DNA of 64,000 nucleotides, taken from positions 64,950,117-65,014,116 of the forward strand of contig NC_083410.1 of NCBI RefSeq assembly GCF_020745735.1, in the 5' to 3' direction. The notes under the pieces were generated by a model. The model worked only from the letters and a program-made list of their open reading frames with translations. It did not search any database and was not told the origin of the DNA. Below, in pieces: positions 27,601 through 39,600 of this stretch. How positions within the stretch are numbered: position 1 is the stretch's first letter; every line of letters starts with the position of its first letter. Both the position numbers and the translations under genes were made by a program. The DNA is from Hemiscyllium ocellatum (lineage: Eukaryota).

Positions 27601-30600
27601 TATAGGGTAATTTTTATCTATCCCTTCCCAAACAGGCAAAATTAAGTGGGGTAATAGAGTCAATAAAAGATGAGATCAGTACATTTGAATAAGTGGATCT
27701 TATATCCAAAAGGCAACATACAGTACCAGTTTGACTGAAAGAAAAGCAGAAAGAGACAGCAAACATTGATGGGATGTGTTTTCAGGCTGCCAAGCTGTGG
27801 TGGCAATGTAGGACACAGTGTACATCAAAAGAAATTATAGGTGCATGTAACAAAAGTAATCATGGAGACATCAAGCTACATGTAAGCTGGCCATACCTAT
27901 CTAATGCTAGTACTGTGGAGGAATTCCTGGAAGACATTTTTGCTAGGGAGGTAGTTTGCTAGAATAAGTTGAACTACCTGTTATAGAATGGCTACTTTCC
28001 AACTAATATTGTGCAGTGGGAAAAGGCTAATAATCATACTGCAAAAAAAGCCTATAGATAAGTAGTGAGCACAAGGTGAGCTTGTGAACGATGTAGTTAA
28101 AACTGAAACTAGGGTCTCAAATGTGAACAAGGGAATTCACTAAGGTATAAGACATAAATATTGATGTGGTATATTGGGAAACTTCATTAAAAATATACAA
28201 TGGTACATAGATATTGGTGAGCATTTAAAGTATTAATACTTGGTTCATAAAAAAAGTCCATTCCTTCAAGGCACAAAAAACCTAGCAGGCGTGATGACCC
28301 AACCATGGCTGCCAAAAGAAGTTAAAAATCACATTTGATCAAAAAAGGTTTCCTATAATAATACTGAAAACAAAATAATTGGAAGGATTTTAGAATTCCA
28401 CAAAGTGGAAATTGATAAATAAAAGTGAAATAGAATGTTGAAAGTAAACTAATGAGAAACATAAAGATGGACTGTAAAAGCTTAAGTACATAAAATGAAA
28501 AATGTTAGAATAGACAAATGTGGGTCCACCAGAGGCAGAGATAGGAAAGTTCATAATGGGGAATGAGGAAATAGCAGAATCTGAACAAATACAACAATTC
28601 TGTCTTCACAGAGGAAGATATTCCTTCAAGGAATACTAGAGAACTAAGGGATTAATGAGAAAAAGTGAAAGAAATGAGTATTGGAAAAAAGGTGTCACTG
28701 GAGAAATTAGTGGGAATGAAAGTTAATAAATCTCCTGAATGTAATGGTCTACATTCCAAAGTGTTGAAAAAGGTGGCTGATGTGACCCCATGATTTAATA
28801 AAGGAAGAAGAGAGAATTAGGGGAGATACAGGCCTCTTAGCTTGACATAATCAGTAGGAAAAATGCCAGAATCCATAATATAAGATGTGTAACTGGACAC
28901 TTATAAAATAATGGCAGGATTGAACAGACTGCATGCACATAACTGAAAGGGCAATCATTTTTGACAGGCCTGACAGAGGTTTTTAGAATGAAGGACTGAT
29001 AAGGTGGAACCATTAGTTATGGTGCTCAGTATTTGGATTTTCATAAGGCCTTCAATCATGGTTCCACACAGTAAGTTATTACACAAAATTACAGCATATG
29101 GGATTGCAACTAAAATACTGACATTGAGAACTGTTTAACAAACAAAGTAGTGAGTGGAAATAAACAGCTCACACTCTGCTCGACAGGCTATGGCAAGCTG
29201 TGTACAGCAACATATAGGCCCCAGCTGTTCAAAACTTACAATGGCTTGGGTGTGGAAGAACCAGGATAATATTTTCAAATATGCTGATGAGGTGCAAATG
29301 AGAGTTGTGAGGAGAAAGCAAAGAGGATTCAAGGTGATTTAAATACAATGACTGAGCAAAACAACATATGGAAAAATGTGAAGTTATTCACTTTGGTATA
29401 TAGAACAGAAATGTAGCCTATTTCTTAAAAAGGTAAGAGATACACAAGTATTGATTGCCAAAGGGATCTGAATGTGCATAATCATTGTTACTGAAAGCAA
29501 ACATGCAGGTCCAGTAAGCAATTAGCAAGGCAAATATCATTTTAGCTTTTAATCACAACATGACTTGAGTACTGGAGTAAAAACGTCTTAGTGCAATTGT
29601 AGAACGCCTTTGTGAAACCAGAGTGGGCAAGGACTGATGCACTCCCCCTATGATAAGTGTATCAAAGTTATACCATACAGATACCGGAGATGGCAGGATT
29701 GTCCTGTGGAGGTAGGAGACAGAGGATGTTGGTGGAGGTTTGCTTTTCAGACTGGAGGCCTGTGACCAGCGGTGTGCCATAAGGATTAGTGCTGGATCCA
29801 CTGCTTCTTGTCATTTATACAAACAATTTGGTTGTGAACATAGGAGGTATGATTAACAAGTTTGCAGATGACACCAAAATTGGAGGTGTAGTGGACAGCG
29901 AAGAAAGATTTCTCAAAACACAATGGAACTTTGATCAAGTGGGCCAAGGAGTGGCAGATGGCATTTAATTCAGATAAATGTGAGGTATTGGTAAGGCAAA
30001 TCAGGGCAGGGCAAGGTCCTGAAAAGTGTTACTGAACAAAGAGACCTTGGGGTGCAGGTTCATAGTTTTTGAAAGTTAAGTTGCAGATAGATAGGATAGT
30101 GAAGGCAGCATTTGTTAGACTTGCCTTTACTGGTCAGTGCACTGAGTGTAGGATATCATGTTGTGGCTAGACAGGTCGTTAGTTAGGTCACTTTTGGTCA
30201 TTGCGTTCAATTCTGGTCTTCCTGCTTAGGAAGGATGTTGTTAAACTTCAGAGGGTGCAGAAAAGATTTCCAAGGATGTTGCCAGAATTGGAGCCATAGG
30301 GAGAGGCTGGGTCTATTTTCCCTGGAGTGTCAGTGGTTGAGGAACAGCCTTATAGAGGTTTATAAAATTACGAGGGATATGGATAGGGTGAATAGCCAAG
30401 ATCTTTTCCCCAGGATAGGGAAGTTCAAAACTAAAGGGCATACATTTAAGGTGAGAAGAGAAAGATCTAAAAGGGACCTAATGGGCAACTTTTTCACAGA
30501 GGATGGTACATGTATGGAATTATTTGCTAGTGATGTTGGAGGCTGGTATAATTACAATATTTTAAATGCATCTGGATGGGTACATGAATAGGAAGAGTTG

Positions 30601-33600
30601 AGGGGGATGTGGATCAAATACTAGTAAATGATACTAGATTAATTTCGAATTTCTGGTCAGCATGGACGGGTTGGACCAAAAGGTCTGTTTCTGTGTTGTA
30701 CAACTCTGACTCTGCGAGGAATTAAGCAGGTTGTGCATATATTCTCCTTAGAGTCTACAGTAACGAAAGGTGGTCTAATTGAAACAAAATTCTTCAAGTG
30801 CTTAATAGGTCAGGTATCATATTGCTGTGAAGACTGGTTGAAGGCAGTAGAATGAGATCCAGAATCAGGAGATGCCATGTCAGGATAAGTAATAGGGCAT
30901 TAGGAACTAAGATTAGGAGGAATTTTTTTCATTTAGAAGGTGGTGAATCTTTGGAATTCAGTACTCTGAAAGACTCAGAATGCTCAGACATTAAGTACAT
31001 ATGAAACACAATTGAAAAAAAGCCATGCATGAATAGACTTCTAGGTGTTAAAGATCGCAGAAACTGGGCTACTGCAGGACATGATACTGAAGTAGAAGAT
31101 CAAATGGTAGAGTGGGATTAAGGGATTAGGGTAAACACAAGTTTTGTTGCTGCTGGTTACAATAATAGAACCATTATTACTGTGAAGCATTTTAATATAA
31201 TTTCAGTTCAGAGGCAAAACTCAGCTTTGCCAAATTGCAACATACAGTAGACTCCTATGAATTAATCTTTCTGATAATCTTAGGGGAAATTGGCTGAAGT
31301 GAGATTTTATTTCAACATAATTCAAATTTATTGCTATCCAATGCATTCACAAGTCTCAAGCAACAGCAATAGAAAACATGCAACAGCTTTCCATTTTACC
31401 ATTCATTCTGAAAGTTCATGCACATTTCCCTACCTTGACTAAGATGTTCATGGTAGATAGACGCGAGATTGGGGAGATGTTGTTGAAGATGAGATGTAAG
31501 TTCTGCATGTGAATTAATCTGTACCAGTTCTTCCTCGCAACCTGACTCTTCCCCATCAAAGTCAGCCATGTTCTTTTCAGATTTTGCACTGACCTGAGAA
31601 CTACTACAGCTGACATCATCTGCACTCATCATATCATCACCCAAGTGTCTGTAAAGCAAATATTTCATAATAATAGAACTTCACAAGAAACCTTTTCTTT
31701 CCTATCTTTAAAGAAAATAATTTGCATTCACACATTTGAAATGACACATATGTTGTAAGAGAATTTAATAGTTATCAAAAGCACACACTGAACTAGAAAT
31801 TAAACCAATATTTAAAAGAAAGTGACCTGGGGCATGACAGACTGCCACACTCAAAAGCAAGTTTACTTCTTTTCAATTGAGCAAAGATGATTATGGCTCT
31901 TCCCTTTTTTTAATTAGTACTTACAGTTAAACATCAGAAGTGAAAGCATCATTCTGTAAAATCAGTTTCAAGATCAAGACAGTAACCAGATACATGTTAA
32001 TGTTGGCATGATAAAAATTCCAAACATTATAGTTAATCAGAAAAATAATTTGAAAACTGGAGACTACTATTAAAAGATTGGCGGGATGCTGTTTGGAGGG
32101 TCAGTGTGAACTCAATGGGCCAAATAGCCTGCTTCCCCACTGTAGCTATTCTATGATCCTAGCATTTGAAGAGTTGGACAAAGATTGCATAGATAAATAC
32201 TATCAACACAATGCTAAAGAATCCTGATAAGTGTAAAGTTCAGTTTTCATGACTTTTTTAATCCTATTCATGGCAGCTCAACGGCAATAACACATTTTCT
32301 TGATTCAGAAGGTTGAGAGATCATGGCCTACAATAGAGATGTGAACAAAATCTAGGCCAACCTCTAGTATAATGGTGCAAGAATGCTGCACAGTTAAAGT
32401 TGCAATCTTTCAGACAAAAGAAACTGAAGGTCCATTTATCCATCACAGTCCAACTGTACTATTTCAAAAGACAGCATGCGAGTCATCTGCTACAACCCAA
32501 CATCCCTCTGCACTTCTAAAGTTCTAACTACATTGGCTTTAAAGCAACTTGGAAATTCCTGAATGCTACTACTTTACGAAGTAACTCTGAAGTAGCAATG
32601 TTTTGTCGCCAAGAGATTCCTCCCAGGGCTGGGGAATGCATATTTCTCATAATTTGGAAAACTTAGTTTAAAGGAATCAGGGCCACTTGTGACCTCTACG
32701 TGGAGGAGCATTGCTGCTAGGTTGGAGGATAATTTATGACAACCCAAGGAGAGCAATAAGATGTAACTAATGGATAGCGTTACTGAAGAATACAAAGAAC
32801 AGCATACAAAAGGTTCTAGTCAGAAATTTTCATTACTGTGAACAATTAAATAACTCACTGGAGGAGGAAGCTCTACAAATACCTATGAGTTGGAGATGCC
32901 GGTGTTGGACTGGGGTGTACAAAGTTAAAAATCACACAACTCCAGGTTATAGTCCAACAGGTTTAATTGGAAACACTAGCTTTCGGAGCGTCACTCCATC
33001 ATCACCCACAACCACCTGATGAAGGAGCAGAGCTCCAAAAGCTAGTGTTTCCAATTAAACCTATTGGACTATAACTTGGTGTTGTGTGATTTTTAAACTT
33101 TGTACAAATACTTACAAACTCAAAATGATGGACGGGCCCAGCACATCACTGTAAAAGCTAAACTAAGACACTGGCAGCAAACTTCAGCCAGAACTACCAA
33201 GAGGACATTACAGCTCAGCCTCCTCTAGAGGTCATCAGGATCTTCCCCAGTCTTCAGCCAATTTGAGTCATTCCACACAATGTCAAGAATAGAAGGAGGC
33301 ACTAGATACTGCAAAGGCTTTGGAGCTTGACAATATTTCAGCAATAAATTTAAGATGTGCCCCAGAATTTGTCCTAGTATGTATTCTGCACAAAAAAAGC
33401 AAGACAAATTCACCCTGGTCCATTTCTGAGTGTGTGGTGCTGGAAAAGCATAGCATCTTGATGAAGGGGTTATACACAAAATTCTCCTGCTCTTCAGATG
33501 CTGCCTGACTGGCTGTGCTTTTCCAGCACCACACTCTCGACTCTGATCTCCAGCCTCCGTAGCCCCCTCTTCCTCCCAGCCCATTATTGCCCCAGTTTAC

Positions 33601-36600
33601 CTCAATCATCAACAAACTGCTGGAAGGAGCTAACAACAATGTTATCAAGCAGCACATGCTTAGCAATAACCACTCAACAACGCTTCCTCATTATAACTTC
33701 TGTGCAAACATGGTCAAAAGAGCAGAATACCCTTGAAAGTCAAAGTGACTACCCTTGACAAAGCTGCACTTAAGAGAATGTAACATTAAAACAGTAAAAA
33801 TGGAGTTATTGGGTGTAAAAGGGGAAACTATGCTGATAGGAGTAATATCTAATACAAAGAAGGATGGTTGCAGTTGTTTGTGAGTCCTCTCAGCTCCAGG
33901 ATCCTTGGAATAGTGTCTGATGCTTACCTTTTTTTTTTTAGCTGTTTCAGTGATTTTTCCCTTCATAAGGTTAGAAGCAAGGGTGTTTGTTGAGCATTGC
34001 AGAATATTCAGCATACTTCTCACAGATAACCAAATGCAGTAAAGACGTGGAAAACATCCAGGTTTGATTTGGGCAATCTATATGAAAACTACAAAAGCAA
34101 TTCAGAAGCTAGGAATCTTGCAGTGAGTCGCTCACCATCTCACTGCCCAAAGTCTATCATCTACAAAAGGTACAAGTCCAGAGTGTGATGCCATATTTCC
34201 CACTTGTCTGGATAAGCACAGCTCTAACAACATTCAAGAAGCTTGACACCATCCAAGACAATTGGCACTGCATTCACTCCCTGTACCATCAATATACAAT
34301 AGCAGTAGTTTGTACTAAGAACAAGAGGTGCTGCAGAAATGCATCAAGGCTCCTTAGATAACTTCTTCCAAACCCATGACCACTACCACGTAGTAGGACA
34401 AGGGCAGCAAATACCACCAATCTGTACATTTCTATCCAAGAGGCTCACTATCCTACCTTACAAATATATTGCAGTTCTTTCATTATTGCTGACTCAAAAT
34501 CCTCAGGTCCATAAGAGCAGTGTAAGTATACCTGCACCAAATAGACTGGAGTAGTTCAAGGCACCTTACCAGCACTTCCTCAAAGGTAATTGGGATGGAC
34601 AACAAAAAGTGGTATCTCAGTCAGCAAAGCAAATATCCCCCAAATAATTAAAAACAAAAAACAATCTTAAATTATGAAGCTGAGGTATATTCAAATCCTA
34701 AAACACTGCATTTCTGGTGAGAAGGTTGACAGGACCCTGTTTAGACCACAGAGCTCAAGTGCAAAGAAAATATTTTGAAAATGCCCAAATGTCACAATCC
34801 AAATAACAGCAAAGGAAATAGTACCTAGTCACTCGAATAATCAAAAAGTAACCAGATCGCTATAGACAATAGAAACAACATACTATTGGGTGCCTTTCAA
34901 TATTTTGCCTAGTTGATAATTAAGTAAATTGTTTTATCAAAAAGCGTGTGTTCGAGGACCAACACCAAGTAATCTCAAGAATATTGACTTGCATAACATT
35001 CCCTGATTTACCTTTGTATTAACAGTTAATTGTGTTGCATACCTGAATCAAATCAACAAGGATAGTAGGAAAAACAGGGCAATTAAGAGAGAAGCAATGG
35101 ATAATATGGCTAATTAATTAATTTAAAACCGTAGGAATAAAGAACAAATTGGAAACAGAGGCAGCTTCATTCTCATGGGAATTGTAAAAAACTTAACTTA
35201 CCTGGAAAACTAAATTGTCGGGCCTGGGGGGGGGGCGTGTCCTCGGCGCTCGGAGGTCATGTGGTCCTCTGACGCGCGCGCAGACGATGATCACGTGATG
35301 CTCCGGGACGCTGGTGCGGTCACGTGGTCTCCCTGTTTCGCGCTCCGGGAGGTCACGTGATCGGCCGTTTCGCGCCCCGGAAGTGGGTGAGACTGCCGTT
35401 TTGCGCTCGAAAGGAGGCCGCATGGTGGTCCTTTGTCTCCGAAAAAGGGAAGGTCACGTGAGATCGGACAGCCGGAAATGCGAGGAGGCGGGGAATGGAA
35501 TCGGAGCAACAGCCAATGAGAAGACAGTTTCACTTGAGTGATGGTATGATGTTTTGTATAGTATAAAAGACTGGATCAGGGACAGAGAGTGGTCTTTTTT
35601 CTTTGTGAACTGACTGACTTAGTAGTTTGTCAGGGACAGAAAGGTTTAGACCCAGAGCTCTGTATACTTTATCCACTTATTGTTAGAATAAAACTAAAAG
35701 TGCAAGATTAAATGTTTTTTCTTATTGCTTTATTTTAAAGAGCACGCAGGACTTGGCTCACACAGAAAGAAAATAAGCGGGTAGAGTGAGCCGAAAGTCC
35801 ATCAGAATATGGCCTAGGTAGCTTATTGAAATGTGATACATGGGCAGGCAGAGAGAAACACTGATGCCCTGGTGAAGGTCAGGACAAAAACGATGCCTTT
35901 AGCGTATCGTTGATGGCTCCAGCTATCCTTTCAGTGTAAAAGGTGCCACTTTGCAAGATGAGAACACGAGAATTAGAGATAGACCATTTAGATCACTGAG
36001 CCTCCTCGATCATTTAAAACACAATAATGGCTGACCTTGGGTTTCAAATCCACTTTCCCATTGGACCCTATTTCCCTTCAATTCCCAAGACACTTGAAAT
36101 TTGTCTACATTGGCATAAATGTATTTGGTAATGGAACATCATGGCAGAGAAGTACAAAGATTCACAACTATTTCAGTGATATAATCTCTCTCATCTCAGT
36201 TTTAAGTGATCAGCTCCATGTTTTAGGCTTACTGAATAGTGGAAACACTTCCTCAGTGTTTACCTGATCAAGACACTTGAGGCAAAAGCCAATAAATGTT
36301 AAAAAAAATTGTTCAGGGTTCATGAGATGTTGATCTCGTCTAGGTAGGCCATGTGGCAATGAATCTGAAAGTAAATGGGTTAAATCAGATGTAGTCTCAC
36401 AATTGTGTTAAAATGTTCTCTCAAGGCTTTGTAAAGGTACTCTTCAAGCACAGAGGGTGAAGAGGTATCTGTCCTGGGAATCAGCACCATCCATCAGACT
36501 TGGCCAAGGAAGAGATTGGACAACATACACTTGTCACACCTGCCAGATAAAAGTAGCCAGAGTCATTACCATGAGGGGGAGATTCAGAGTTCACAGCCTT

Positions 36601-39600
36601 CTAGCCAGGACATAACCACCTTGTTAACTACAGCTCAGATACTGTCATGTATTGTTTATACAGAATAGAAAAGGCAAGGAATGCATTTCAGAGCATTTAT
36701 TATGCTCTTCAGAGTGGATCAGTTTTCATTGGTTCAGTCTAGAATCCAGCTTATTTCTATCTCCAACAGCTAGTGACAACAGCCATGCCCTAGCAAACCA
36801 CTTCAACAAAATCAGGTGACAATAGTCAATGTGTGTTACCACTGGTGAGTTAGGATTTACCTATCATGACGTTTTACTTGGTAGAATGAATGGAAGAATA
36901 CAAAATAAATTTAACAGCCTAAGAAGCACTTGAAGTACCAAAGTCACCCACTCCATTCAGCATCATCTCCAGTTTGATCCTCTGAGCAGCAGCCAAAATC
37001 AAACCAAAGATAAAATCATAATTTTATGGCAGAAGACAAAAAGATCTGAAATCTTTTGAGATAAGGAATCATGCAATTTTAGCACTTTTAATGATTTATG
37101 GAAATGCTTCTAAAATTACTTCAACTGGGTAGAAACTTTATTTTTTATTTGTTTGCCTTCTATTACCATCAAGACTAATGTATAAAATCACCAAAGTGAC
37201 CACGGGAATTCAATATAGTTTATGAATGTAATACAGATTAAATTAATATAAACAGCACAACATGACCTTGCTGGAGTATGTATTTGCAAAGTGAATTTAA
37301 GAGCAACGCCAATGCTTTGTGAATTATTTTCTAACATGATGCTATTTTTACCAACACCTTCTTAAAAGGCAATTAGAAATAGGCAGCAAATGCACAGATC
37401 ACAGGAACAAATATGAATAATACAAGAACTTTGAAATTCACGTGACCAAGGATGCCAGCAACTACAAGATAGCACTAAAGCAGCATATGAATTTTGTCCC
37501 TCTCACACACCCAACTCTGTATCCCCCACAACCATCTCTCTTGTTCCCCTTCATAGAATCACAGAATCCCAATAGTGAAGAAAGAAGTCATTCAACACAA
37601 CCATCTATCCCCATAACCCTGCATTACCATGCCTAATCCACCTAGCTGGCACATCATTAAGAGGCAATTTAGCATGAGCAATGCACTTAGTCTCCACATC
37701 TTTGCACTGTGTGAGGTAATGAGAACTCATGCAGACATGGGGACAACAAACAAACTCCACACAGTCACCAAAGGCTAGAATCGAACCTGGGATCCCAGTG
37801 CTGTGAGACAGCAATGCTAACCACTCAGCAACTGTTGGAACAAGACAATTTGAGGTTCCACCATGATGTGAACTCAGATCGGTAGATTCAAAAGTCCAGA
37901 GTCAAACTGTTAACTTAAAACTAGCTCAGACTTATCTCCCCCAGCCCCTCTCAGTCCCATCTGTCTCACTTCCCTTCACACGTCTCTCTCCCACTTCCCA
38001 TTCCCACCCCTCCCCCCAGACACCCGGCCCTCTCCCGCTTGCTCTCACACACTGCCTCTTTCTCCTAACGTCATTTCCACACCCACCTCAAGCTCTCTTC
38101 CCCTCTCCCATATCTAACTCACACTCTCATCCACCTAACGTGTTCTCTCTTTCTCTTCCTGTCACCCATGCACAAGAGAAAGGAATCATAGTTCTACAGT
38201 TAGTTCCCATTATCACTGATCATACCAAAGTTGCATGTTTATTTTTCAGCCCCATTATAGTACCAAAAGTCAAAATATAATCACCAAATCCTCACAGTTT
38301 GAAATACCTCCTGCACTTTCAGATCTGCACCAGCTCTCTAAATCCGCATTAGGAATTTGTGTCTCCCCCCTTTTCCCATAACCCGGTATATTTAATTAAA
38401 ACAAATAATCATCCAATGTCCTCTTTAATGTCTTGATTAAACCTGCCTCCACCAAACTTCTAGGCAGTCCATTCTAGATTCTAATTATTTGATGTGTGAA
38501 TAAGGCCATTCTCATGCCAAACATATTTTTTGAAACAGCAGATTTCTGAAGCCAATTTCAACAAAAAGTCAAATGACGAAAATTTCTAGTCCCTATTTGG
38601 ACTCAGATTGACAAGGATGAGTAAACGATGTTGGCAGAGAGCAACTCACCTTCATTGTAATCTGTTCAATGAGCAGGTCAGGCTATCGCACACCCACACA
38701 GAATAAAAAATATACAATTAGTCACCAATACAAGTAAAGTTGAATCATTTGGAACATACTAGTGGTCAACTGGCCAGAACCCTAGAACTCACACACACCT
38801 GTGGATAAAGTTACAGTTGGCAACAGGACTAACATTACGAGTTTGAACAACTACTGAAAAGGTCAGAGTCCACAGAAATAACATTAAAGCATGCTTATGT
38901 TTAAATCTCAATCCATATCTTTGACAACACAGTGGTAGCATCATTCATTTGCTTGTGGTAATCTTTTTATTATATTCAAATCTTGGAGAAAAGTACTCAA
39001 AAATAGAATGAGCCGACAAGAGTGGAGGAGTCCAGAACTAGAGGACATAGGTTTAGGATGAGAGGGGAAGATATAACAGGAACCCAAAGGGCAACGTTTC
39101 CACACAGAGAGTGGTGGGTGTATGGAACGAGCTGCCAGAGGAAGTGGTGGAGACTGTGGAAGTGGAAGTGGTGCCAATTACAACATTTAAAACACTTCTG
39201 GATAAGTATATTAATAGGAAGGGTTTAGAAGGACATGGGCCATGTGCTGGCAAATGAGACTAGATTAGGTCAAGATATCTGGTCAGAGACAAACAAACTG
39301 CAGAGGCTGGAATCCAAAGTAGACAGGAGTGTTACACTTGAAATATCGACTTCTCTACCTTAGGATATCTGGTTGGCATGGATGAGTCGGTCCGAAAGGT
39401 CTGTTTCCGTGCTGTACATCTCTATGACTATGACGATCAAAAGTGGAGTCTTCTCAAACATTCAAACTACTGTGTGCCCAATATTGTGAAAAAAGAAAAT
39501 TTCTGTTGTTTCTAATTGCACACACTAAACTGATATAGAAAGAGATCAGTTTTGTAACTGAACAATAGTAGTCAGGCTTAGGCTTGAAATTTAGCATTAA

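Noticed and set aside
32886-33106. Interpretation of the palindromic elements as MITEs or CRISPR-like repeats
   Set aside because: Variable-length TSDs, asymmetric arms, hammerhead cores and PLE coding remnants point to retroelements; no repeat-spacer array in this eukaryotic DNA
35219-35520. CpG island as the promoter of a separate host gene
   Set aside because: Lies within LTR termini with a TSD; its ORFs have no recognisable protein similarity
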